From a virus: a stretch of 64,000 bases of DNA. Location: positions 1-64,000 of IMG/VR virus record IMGVR_UViG_3300010346_000749; one strand, written 5' to 3'. Numbering within the stretch: position 1 is the first letter of the stretch; each line of letters begins with the position of its first letter. Under the pieces are notes generated by a model. That model was not told where the DNA came from and ran no database searches. It worked only from the letters and a program-made list of their open reading frames with translations. Shown piece by piece: positions 1-6,126 of the stretch. Position numbers and translations under genes: made by a program.

Positions 1-31
1 AATGAACAATATTTACCATGATTAATAAAAT

Positions 32-105
32 AGGGATATAGTTTAATGGTAAAACGAAAGCCTTTGGAGCTTTAGATTCTTGTTAAATTCAAGATATCCC
101 TGCCA
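32..105 (+). tRNA. tRNA-Gln (anticodon TTG), CCA encoded
   Basis: Hand-folded cloverleaf: acceptor AGGGATA/TATCCCT, D stem GTTT/AAAC, anticodon stem AAAGC/GCTTT with loop CTTTGGA, T stem TCTTG/CAAGA (loop TTAAATT, lacks usual C56), G then CCA. Confidence 0.8.
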
Positions 106-168
106 TTTACTGGAATTTCTTCGTTTTGTCTCTTTCAATATTAAATCTTTTCATAAATTTGTTAAGGC

Positions 169-197
169 TTGACAATCCACTTCTGATATGATATACT
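169..197 (+). promoter_or_regulatory. sigma70-type promoter (TTGACA-17 nt-TATACT)
   Basis: TTGACA at 169-174, 17-nt spacer, TATACT at 192-197; one of four similar modules in the tRNA region. Confidence 0.7.
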
Positions 198-288
198 TGT
201 CTTAGATAGGAAAGATATTTAACTATCTAAAATGACGGCCTCCAAATCCGTAGAACATGGGGAAGCACCATGAAGGCCCACCAAAAAT

Positions 289-425
289 AAATTTGAGCCG
301 ATGAATCTTGGTTCTCGTTTAAATTAAACGATGTAGCTTAATTGTGGTTAAAGCGTCTGACCTAGGTCAGAAGATGTTGGTTCGAGCCCAACCATACAAC
401 CCGAGATTCCTAACATGTTCAAATT
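289..425 (+). ncRNA. tRNA-like structured RNA, copy 1 (canonical D and T arms, palindromic anticodon-position arm, long closing helix)
   Basis: D arm GCTT/AAGC and T arm GTTGG-TTCGAGC-CCAAC are canonical. Only 3 bp of acceptor pairing. 16-nt palindrome TCTGACCTAGGTCAGA (356-371) replaces the anticodon arm. Extra hairpin CGTTT-AAATT-AAACG. Outer pairings GAATCTTGG/CCGAGATTC and AATTTGAG/GTTCAAATT. Confidence 0.4.
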
Positions 426-447
426 TTCATTTCGAAAAAGTTTCTGC

Positions 448-476
448 TTGACAAGTTAGATCATGTGTGGTAGAAT
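448..476 (+). promoter_or_regulatory. sigma70-type promoter with extended -10 (TTGACA-17 nt-TGG-TAGAAT)
   Basis: TTGACA 448-453, TAGAAT 471-476 preceded by TG; the block GCTTGACAAGTTAGATCAT(G/A)TGTGGTAGAATGGTTCTTGT recurs at 2546-2574 with one mismatch. Confidence 0.75.
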
Positions 477-530
477 GGTTCTTGTTAGTTAGGAAGTCTG
501 AAGCAAACTTTCTAAAAGTTATTGTAATAT

Positions 531-606
531 CGGGAGTTAGTGAAGTCTGGTCTATCACACCTACCTTGGGCGTAGGTAATCATTGGTTCAAATCCAATAC
601 TTCCGA
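531..606 (+). tRNA. tRNA-Pro (anticodon TGG)
   Basis: Acceptor CGGGAGT/ACTTCCG (one G-T), D stem GTGA/TCAC, anticodon stem CCTAC/GTAGG loop CTTGGGC, T arm ATTGG-TTCAAAT-CCAAT, discriminator A. Confidence 0.85.
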
Positions 607-607
607 G

Positions 608-643
608 TCCTTCAATGATAATCTACTTCCACGTAGTGAAGGA
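608..643 (+). repeat. tRNA-trailing hairpin motif, copy a
   Basis: TCCTTCA...CACGTAGTGAAGGA directly after tRNA-Pro; related to 860-893, 1032-1065 and 7450-7483. Confidence 0.5.
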
Positions 644-699
644 TGGTAATTGACTAATAGGCAAGCTAAATGATTATCAATATATGTTTGACTGATTAT

Positions 700-771
700 T
701 TCTGAAATAGTTTGGACCAAACTATTAAGTTTGTAATTGGTCGGATGAAAATTAATTTTCATGCTCCACCA
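700..771 (+). mobile_element. relic of endonuclease cassette end plus orphan RNA 3' end
   Basis: TAGTTTGGACCAAACTATTAAGTTTGTAATT resembles the ends of both cassettes (1862-1895, 7390-7425). As there, an orphan 3' end follows (hairpin ATGAAAA/TTTTCAT, then GCTCC-A-CCA). No ORF retained. Confidence 0.4.
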
Positions 772-786
772 GGCACACAATAATTC

Positions 787-858
787 GGGATTGTGATGAA
801 ATCGTTATCATAACGGACTTTTAATCCGTCTTTTAGAGTTAAAATCTCTACAATCCCA
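787..858 (+). tRNA. tRNA-Lys (anticodon TTT)
   Basis: Acceptor GGGATTG/CAATCCC, D stem ATGA/TCAT, anticodon stem ACGGA/TCCGT loop CTTTTAA, T stem TAGAG/CTCTA (loop TTAAAAT), discriminator A. Confidence 0.8.
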
Positions 859-859
859 G

Positions 860-893
860 TCCTTCAGAGAAGAAGCCTTTACGTGGCGAAGGA
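860..893 (+). repeat. tRNA-trailing hairpin motif, copy b
   Basis: CCTTC-AGAGAAGAAGCCTTTACGTGGC-GAAGG immediately after tRNA-Lys; near-identical to 7450-7483. Confidence 0.5.
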
Positions 894-943
894 TATAAGT
901 AGCTTCAATAGGAAGTGAAACTAATTCTTTTAAATTTTAATAT

Positions 944-1029
944 GGAAAATACCGCTGAATGGTCGGCAACCGGACTTGAAATCCGGGGTTTCCCTTATAA
1001 GGAAAGAGGTTCGATTCCTCTATTTTCCG
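944..1029 (+). tRNA. tRNA-Ser (anticodon TGA), long variable arm
   Basis: Acceptor GGAAAAT/ATTTTCC, anticodon stem CCGGA/TCCGG loop CTTGAAA, extra arm GGTTTCCCTTATAAGGAAAG, T arm AGAGG-TTCGATT-CCTCT, discriminator G (followed by CAT, not CCA). Confidence 0.85.
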
Positions 1030-1031
1030 CA

Positions 1032-1065
1032 TCTATCATGATAAATGCCTCTACGTGGCGATAGA
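1032..1065 (+). repeat. tRNA-trailing hairpin motif, copy c (divergent)
   Basis: TCTATC...GCCTCTACGTGGC-GATAGA just after tRNA-Ser; shares the CTACGTGGCGA core with the other copies. Confidence 0.4.
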
Positions 1066-1104
1066 CAGAAACGTATAGTAAAATATACGGCTAAATTTAT
1101 CAAT

Positions 1105-1854
1105 CTAATTTAATTGTTCAATTCTTTTATCAATAACAAAACAAATGGCGTCAACAAATTTTTGAGAAGATTTAACTGTAAACTTCTTTTGAGAAGAAAC
1201 ATCAATGATGCAAAGATTAATATTTTTCTCTTGACAGAGTTGATGTTTTCTAGCATCTTTATCTAAAATGTTTTGAAATTTGGAATCCTTTTCTTCACTT
1301 GTTTTACCAAAAACAGGTTGATAATGAAAAATACCATTCAATTCAAATGCCAAATTTAAAGATGGAATGTAAATATCAAGTTCCAGACCATCGAGAGTTT
1401 TTCTATCATTGTATTCAATATTTAAATTCAAATATTTTTCTTGAAGAGTGTTTTGAAGATAAAGTTCCAATTTGCTTCTTCGATATCCAGAAGTTTTGTG
1501 TGTGTTATTATATGTGGCGGCACAAGAACGAGAACAGAAATCGTTCCCGGATTTTGAAAGTTCAGAATTTTTCTTTTTAATTTCTTTTCCACATTGGGCA
1601 CATTGAATGATTTTAGATGTTGAACGAAATTGTCCATGGCAAGAATGGGAACAAAAAATTTTAAATCCCCTTTTGATTTTGGTTTGAATTTCGTTTTTTG
1701 GAACATAAAATGTTTCACCACAATTGAGACATTTAATAGGAAGTTTGTCTCTTGAACCTGTATTTATAAATTCCCATTCGGAAAATAGAAATTGTTCATT
1801 GTCCATAAAATGGCCATATTCTTCATAATTCTTTTTACACATTTTAAAAATCAC
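1105..1854 (-). CDS. putative homing endonuclease: N-terminal CxxC zinc-ribbon repeats plus C-terminal PD-(D/E)XK (Vsr/DUF559-like) nuclease
   Basis: 249-aa ORF. Motifs CLNCGETF and CAQCGKE. C-terminal RSKLELYL...LELDIYIPSLNLAFELNGIFHY matches the S-x-L-E...D-x-Y-I-P...A-I-E-x-x-G pattern of that nuclease family (from memory). Paralog at 6647-7381. Confidence 0.6.
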   Translation of the reverse strand: MIFKMCKKNYEEYGHFMDNEQFLFSEWEFINTGSRDKLPIKCLNCGETFYVPKNEIQTKIKRGFKIFCSHSCHGQFRSTSKIIQCAQCGKEIKKKNSELSKSGNDFCSRSCAATYNNTHKTSGYRRSKLELYLQNTLQEKYLNLNIEYNDRKTLDGLELDIYIPSLNLAFELNGIFHYQPVFGKTSEEKDSKFQNILDKDARKHQLCQEKNINLCIIDVSSQKKFTVKSSQKFVDAICFVIDKRIEQLN

Positions 1855-1898
1855 TCCTTAATAGTTTTGGTTCTACTATTAAGTTTGGAATTTTTATT

Positions 1899-1921
1899 TT
1901 CGATTCCTCTATTTTCCGCCA
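1899..1921 (+). repeat. orphan duplicate of tRNA-Ser(TGA) T-loop-to-CCA end
   Basis: TTCGATTCCTCTATTTTCCG-CCA; identical over 21 nt to 1010-1030, and this copy carries the CCA. Confidence 0.8.
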
Positions 1922-1963
1922 GTAAAAATAAATGATTGGAGAATACGACAACACTCTCCAATC
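1921..1963 (-). terminator. minus-strand intrinsic terminator-like hairpin
   Basis: GATTGGAGA...TCTCCAATC stem followed on the minus strand by ATTTATTTTTACT; homologous hairpin at 6583-6625 lies just downstream of the second endonuclease ORF. Confidence 0.45.
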
Positions 1964-1992
1964 AAATCATCCTAATTATAATTTTATCAAAC

Positions 1993-2145
1993 TGGAAAAC
2001 TACCATCTTTAGGTGGTAGATAAAAATGAGTTAATTATTTGATATTAAGAAAAGCAACTGGAATTGGCAATTTACCTGCAGGTAAAGGGTTTTGTAGAAA
2101 TCAAACTTTTCAAGAATCTCATTCTTTTAGGATGAGAGTATCAAT
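1993..2145 (+). ncRNA. conserved structured intergenic element, copy 1 (compact form)
   Basis: Modules GGAAAACTACCATCTTTAGGTGGTAG, GAGTTAATTATTTGATATT, AAGCAACTGGAATTGGC, AAAGGG and CAAACTTTTCAAGAATCTCATTC(C)TTTAGGATGAGAGTATCAAT (one C fewer in this copy) are shared with 12154-13 and partly 8813-8940. Confidence 0.55.
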
Positions 2146-2189
2146 TGGTTGTTCAAATTTTTAAATTCTAACGGAAAGAAGATGGAAAA

Positions 2190-2463
2190 ATGATTGTTGA
2201 TATGTATGGAAGGGAAATTCGAGTAGGCGATACTGTTAAGATTCAGAATCATGATGATGGTGGATGGTGGATGGCGAATTGCTCACATTATCAAAATTAA
2301 AATTGATATTCGATCTAAACAAAATATAACACAATTGACTACACTCATTTTACCCGAAGATCAAACCTATTATCTTCACTATTATCGTTATCGAAATCCT
2401 TTTATTTCTTGGATGAATCTGGATTCCAACAGAATTGCAAATTGCAATTCTGAATCGGTTTGA
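2190..2463 (+). other. small gene split over two frames (2190-2300 frame A, 2251-2463 frame +1)
   Basis: ATG 2190 after GAAAGAAG gives MIVDMYGREIRVGDTVKIQNHDDGGWW... ending at 2300. The +1 frame continues ...GGWRIAHIIKIKID...YYLHYYRYRNPFISW. The overlap lies on the repeat GGATGGTGGATGGTGGATGG. Paralogous locus at 3363-3729. Confidence 0.3.
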
Positions 2464-2545
2464 TGGCAATGTTCAGAAATTAATTTCTGATTGTTCACGA
2501 GCAAAAAGAAAAGAATTTTAGGAATTTAACCAAAAAATTTGGTGC

Positions 2546-2574
2546 TTGACAAGTTAGATCATATGTGGTAGAAT
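2546..2574 (+). promoter_or_regulatory. sigma70-type promoter with extended -10
   Basis: TTGACA 2546-2551, 17-nt spacer, TGG-TAGAAT 2566-2574; one mismatch (A for G in the spacer) from 448-476. Confidence 0.75.
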
Positions 2575-2605
2575 GGTTCTTGTCAGTGAGAGAAGTTAGG
2601 AAATG

Positions 2606-2743
2606 AATTTGAGCCGATGAATCTTGGTTCTCATTTAAATTAAACGATGTCTTAATTGGGGTTAAAGCGTCTGACTATATAGGTCAGAAGATGTTGGTTC
2701 GAGCCCAACCATACAAAACCGAGATTCCTAACATGTTCAAATT
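2606..2743 (+). ncRNA. tRNA-like structured RNA, copy 2
   Basis: Same architecture and flanking helices as 289-425. The central arm is TCTGAC-TATATAG-GTCAGA instead of TCTGAC-CTAG-GTCAGA, and the D-loop differs. Confidence 0.4.
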
Positions 2744-2748
2744 TATAT

Positions 2749-2786
2749 TCCGTCGTAGCTTAATTGGCAAAGCACCTTCCTGTTAA
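2749..2786 (+). pseudogene. tRNA 5' portion with Asn-type anticodon loop (GTT), no matching 3' portion
   Basis: TCCGTCG-TA-GCTT-AATTGGCA-AAGC-A-CCTTC-CTGTTAA is canonical up to the anticodon loop. No GAAGG strand or T arm follows. A partial acceptor complement AGACGGA lies about 70 nt downstream. Confidence 0.35.
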
Positions 2787-2883
2787 TGATATTTCGTGGT
2801 CAATTCTAGATAGAACCGGGAACTCTATCATTAGAGGAAAGACGGAGAGAAAAGAGGACTCTCCCACCGACAATTTTTTAAAT

Positions 2884-2930
2884 GCCTCTATAGCTCAAGT
2901 GGAAGAGCAATTGCCTTGTAAGCAATAGGT
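2884..2930 (+). pseudogene. 5' two-thirds of a canonical tRNA-Thr(TGT), truncated after the variable loop
   Basis: GCCTCTA-TA-GCTC-AAGTGGAA-GAGC-A-ATTGC-CTTGTAA-GCAAT-AGGT, then no T arm or TAGAGGC strand; second copy at 8457-8505. Confidence 0.4.
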
Positions 2931-2938
2931 TCCCTTAT

Positions 2939-3013
2939 GCCGAATTAGTATATCACCTATTATGCCTGTCTTGTAAACAGGAGAAAGCCGGGGAGCACGG
3001 CTATTCGGCTCCA
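2939..3013 (+). tRNA. non-canonical tRNA-like gene, anticodon TGT (Thr), CCA encoded
   Basis: Perfect acceptor GCCGAAT/ATTCGGC, then T and CCA. Anticodon arm CCTGT-CTTGTAA-ACAGG. T arm AGCCG-GGGAGCA-CGGCT lacks TTC. D arm irregular. Confidence 0.4.
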
Positions 3014-3239
3014 ATAATCACTCACTTTTCTGAAGGTTGTAGTTTTTAAGCTTTCTAAAAAATTTCTTTTTGGTATGTTGAAATTGAACCGAACAATCAA
3101 GATTATCAAATTCCGACTGAATTAATAGGTTATTGTCCAAAAGACAACTAATTGCCAATCAAATCCAGATATGATTGGTTTATATCAAATTGAATTAAAT
3201 AATGTGTCTTGGTTGGTAAACATGTTCAATTTGCTTTAT

Positions 3240-3335
3240 GGCCTCTTCGTTTAATTGGTAAGACACCACTCTTATAATGTGGCAATGGCGGCAGATTACC
3301 GCAAGATATCCGTTCAAGTCGGATAGGGGCTACCA
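3240..3335 (+). tRNA. tRNA with anticodon TAT and a long extra arm, CCA encoded
   Basis: Acceptor GGCCTCT/AGGGGCT (two G-T), anticodon arm CCACT-CTTATAA-TGTGG (T-T at 31:39), about 25-nt extra arm with GCGG/CCGC helix, T arm ATCCG-TTCAAGT-CGGAT. Confidence 0.5.
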
Positions 3336-3362
3336 AAACTTAATAAAAAACCGGAAAGGAAG

Positions 3363-3509
3363 ATGGAAATGAGTAGGGCAGAACAATTTGAAAAACTGTC
3401 GAAACCAATTGAAGGACAATCATCTATTCTTAGTGATCGAAATGGAAAAAGTTTTTCTGTTGGCGATAAGGTTGAATATACCACCAATGAAGTAGAATAT
3501 GATTCATAA
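3363..3509 (+). CDS. small hypothetical protein (paralog of the 2190 ORF N-part)
   Basis: ATG after GGAAAGGAAG; 48 codons MEMSRAEQ...GKSFSVGDKVEYTTNEVEYDS then TAA; GDKV motif parallels GDTV of the 2190 ORF. Confidence 0.35.
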   Translation: MEMSRAEQFEKLSKPIEGQSSILSDRNGKSFSVGDKVEYTTNEVEYDS

Positions 3510-3543
3510 GGTATGCCATTTTTTGTAAAGAAAATATATACGG

Positions 3544-3729
3544 TTGAATCTATTAGAAATTACCTTAAAACATTTTATATTCCATCGCGATGGAATTCAA
3601 ACTCCCAAAATCATAACTTCAATAACACTTCTTTATGAAAGCCGTTATCATTATGAAAACTATCGTCGTGGGGTTCGATGGACAGAATTAATTAAGGGCA
3701 GATTAGAAGTCCTATCGTCAATTGATTAA
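3544..3729 (+). CDS. hypothetical ORF (paralog of 2251-2463 C-part)
   Basis: 61-aa ORF in the +1 frame relative to 3363-3509; LLYESRYHYENYRRGVRW resembles YYLHYYRYRNPFISW of 2251-2463; non-ATG start. Confidence 0.3.
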   Translation: MNLLEITLKHFIFHRDGIQTPKIITSITLLYESRYHYENYRRGVRWTELIKGRLEVLSSID

Positions 3730-3744
3730 GAGGAGGATAATTCA

Positions 3745-3942
3745 ATGAGTAAAATTTTGGAAAATGGATATTATCTCATGTCCCTTCCTAATAAGGAACA
3801 ATTTGAAGTTGTCCAGATTGGAAAAGATGATGATGGAAATAATGTAATGGTTCGTCTTGGCAAGAGTGAAGATGCTTATGACCCTTGGGAATTTAAGATT
3901 CTTGGATATGAATTTGAAAGGCTGGACTTTATTATTAATTAA
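3745..3942 (+). CDS. hypothetical protein
   Basis: 65-aa ORF with strong RBS AAGAGGAGG upstream of the ATG. Confidence 0.65.
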   Translation: MSKILENGYYLMSLPNKEQFEVVQIGKDDDGNNVMVRLGKSEDAYDPWEFKILGYEFERLDFIIN

Positions 3943-4021
3943 AATTTTGAAAGGAGTTTTTCAAATGTTGATTTTGGATGGCCTCTAGGATAGTTAATCT
4001 AAACTAGGGGAGAGTTTAAAA

Positions 4022-4774
4022 TTGAAAAACAAGTTTTGGATTTATCAATATGAGAAATGGCAGGAATATTCTTATGTTGATTTGATGATTTTGATTTATG
4101 ATGATGTTTCTTTGGAACCTAGAAATCTCTGGTGGGATTATGATACATTGGATGATTCTTGTCGCATTGAAAAGAATGGGAAATGGTTTTATACCAGAGC
4201 ACTTCGAAAGTTTGCTCATTCTGTAAATGAACAGAAACAAAATCCTCATAGAAAAATTGTTATGGATAATCTTGACCGAATTGTTAATATGAGAGATTTT
4301 ATCTTTGAGAATTTCGAAGTCATTTATAAGGCCATTCTTGCCGCCAGACGTGCCCCCAAAAATGCATTTGGAATGAATCTTAAAACTTTTAAATTTTACA
4401 GATCATCTTTTTTCAATATCAGAAAATATCTGGAAGGGAAAAAGGAGAAGGTAAGATTTAACCCAACTCCGGGAAGCGGGCATGTCAATGCTGGTTCACA
4501 CTGTTTCAGAAATTTCAAATACAAACATACTTGGGTAAACTATATTCCCGATGGTGATGATTTGGATTATGTTAATCGTAATGCCTTTAAAATCAAATCA
4601 ACGGATAAATTAGACGTATGGGACGATGATCCCTATGCCCGATACAAGAGTTGGAAACATAATACCAAATGCCGTAAACAATATGAAATTCATTTGAAAA
4701 AACATCAGGAAACAATTAATACATGGGAAGAAAATCTTCCCTTTAAATGTGGAAGTAGTTTAAAGGTAAAATAG
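4022..4774 (+). CDS. hypothetical protein
   Basis: 250-aa ORF, TTG start preceded by GGGGAGAG; ends with TAG and a TGA follows four sense codons later. Confidence 0.6.
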   Translation: MKNKFWIYQYEKWQEYSYVDLMILIYDDVSLEPRNLWWDYDTLDDSCRIEKNGKWFYTRALRKFAHSVNEQKQNPHRKIVMDNLDRIVNMRDFIFENFEVIYKAILAARRAPKNAFGMNLKTFKFYRSSFFNIRKYLEGKKEKVRFNPTPGSGHVNAGSHCFRNFKYKHTWVNYIPDGDDLDYVNRNAFKIKSTDKLDVWDDDPYARYKSWKHNTKCRKQYEIHLKKHQETINTWEENLPFKCGSSLKVK

Positions 4775-4795
4775 TCGGTGTCCAACTGATAGATA

Positions 4796-4824
4796 CAGAC
4801 TTCAAACGTTTGTCTTCCGCTCCA
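4796..4824 (+). other. orphan tRNA 3'-end-like fragment (T-arm-like hairpin plus CCA-like end)
   Basis: CAGAC-TTCAAAC-GTTTG-TCTTCCG-C-TCCA; no complementary 5' acceptor strand upstream. Confidence 0.35.
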
Positions 4825-4840
4825 AAAAAGAAAGGTTGTC

Positions 4841-5656
4841 TTGATATTGAAAAATACTTTAATCTCAAAAAAAGACAATCTGGATAGATTTTACACTTCA
4901 AATGAATTGGCTAAAAAATGTGTTCAATATGTTAAAGATTCTTGTAAAGATATTGAATTGTTTTTAGAACCATCTGCGGGAAAAGGTTCTTTTTTAAATC
5001 ATTTTGACAAAGACTTTGTTGCTTATGACATTGATAAATCTTTAAAAGATGATAGAATCATTAAGAAAGATTTCTTTTCTATTCTTTTATTTCCTTTAAA
5101 AATAACATGTTGTATTGGCAATCCACCATTCGGGACATGTTCGACATTAGCTATCAAGTTTTTTAATCATTGTGCTTTTAATGATCATACGAAATATATA
5201 GCTTTCATTTTACCAAAAACATTTCGAAAAATATCCGTTCAAAATAAGTTATCACTTGAATTTACTCTTTTAAAAGACTTTGAAATTAAAAAAGATGATA
5301 GTTATTTTGATTGTCAGGGTGAAATGATTTATGTTCCTGTTTGTTTTCAAATATGGGAACGTCAGAAAAGAATGATTCATAAGATTCCAAAGAATATTTA
5401 CTTTGAAAAAGTTAATAAAGAAACTGCTGATATTGCCATTAGGCGTGTTGGTGGGAATGCTGGAAAGATTAGTCATGATATTCAAAATCAAAATGAAAAT
5501 TCAAATTATTTTCTAAAGATTATCCATCCAAAGTTTTTTGAGATTTATAATTTAATTGATTTTGATACGGTAAGAAATAACACATCTGGCATTAGAAGCA
5601 TCTCACTGAATGAGTTAATCATTCTTTTCTCGGAAAACGAAGGGAAGTTAAAATGA
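4841..5656 (+). CDS. N6-adenine DNA methyltransferase
   Basis: 271-aa ORF with SAM-binding motif I LEPSAGKGSF and catalytic motif IV GNPPF in that order. Confidence 0.8.
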   Translation: MILKNTLISKKDNLDRFYTSNELAKKCVQYVKDSCKDIELFLEPSAGKGSFLNHFDKDFVAYDIDKSLKDDRIIKKDFFSILLFPLKITCCIGNPPFGTCSTLAIKFFNHCAFNDHTKYIAFILPKTFRKISVQNKLSLEFTLLKDFEIKKDDSYFDCQGEMIYVPVCFQIWERQKRMIHKIPKNIYFEKVNKETADIAIRRVGGNAGKISHDIQNQNENSNYFLKIIHPKFFEIYNLIDFDTVRNNTSGIRSISLNELIILFSENEGKLK

Positions 5657-6126
5657 CATTTGAATTTGATAATACCTATTGCCTTCAAATTAAGCCAGAG
5701 GATTTGAAAATACCTTTTCTATCATTTGAGGAATCTCTAAACTTTCTTAGAAATGGTAGAGTTGGTGGGTTCTTGGTTGAACAAATGTTAAAGAATATGT
5801 TTGGATTTAAATTGACACAAAACAATAGTATGTATGATGCTGAATTTAATGGTAAAAAGATTGAAATTCGAACAATCAATAAAACAGGTTCTAATTTAAT
5901 TCCTTCAAATATGATCGGTGCCAGTAGGAAATATGATGAAAAGAAATATCTACAGAAACTTGGTTCAATTGATTATTTTTGTTTTGTTGATATGAGAAAT
6001 TTGCCAAACATATTTATCTTTTGTTATCCTTCGAAAAGGTTCTATCAGAATGGTGTAATGAAGACTTTGCCGAAAGAATTGATGACAAAAAAATTAACTG
6101 CAAAAATTGAAATGGTGAACGCTTGA
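5653..6126 (+). CDS. hypothetical protein, possible PD-(D/E)XK nuclease partner of the methylase
   Basis: 157-aa ORF overlapping the methylase stop by 4 nt (ATGA); YDAEFNGKKIEIRT could be a D...E-x-(K/R) nuclease core. Confidence 0.3.
   Translation: MTFEFDNTYCLQIKPEDLKIPFLSFEESLNFLRNGRVGGFLVEQMLKNMFGFKLTQNNSMYDAEFNGKKIEIRTINKTGSNLIPSNMIGASRKYDEKKYLQKLGSIDYFCFVDMRNLPNIFIFCYPSKRFYQNGVMKTLPKELMTKKLTAKIEMVNA

Larger units (their letters stand above)
1031..1898 (-). mobile_element. free-standing endonuclease cassette 1, flanked by a duplicated tRNA-Ser 3' end
   Basis: 21 nt TTCGATTCCTCTATTTTCCGC occurs at 1010-1030 (in the tRNA) and again at 1899-1919; the 868 nt between carry one minus-strand endonuclease ORF. 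Confidence 0.6.

Noticed and set aside
467-780. Track ORFs 467-649 and 580-780 (also 6386-6586, 7439-7630, 7741-7968, 8331-8660)
   Set aside because: They lie across promoters, tRNAs and tRNA-like RNAs, lack ribosome-binding sites and have no protein-like features. They are treated as non-coding.
1993-2145. Group I or group II intron identity for the three-copy structured element
   Set aside because: All copies are intergenic with no interrupted exon pair. I could not recognise a G-binding P7 or a domain V-like helix.
3507-3509. TAA read-through extending ORF 3363-3509
   Set aside because: There is no other evidence for TAA suppression. TAA is the dominant stop of clearly complete genes in the window.
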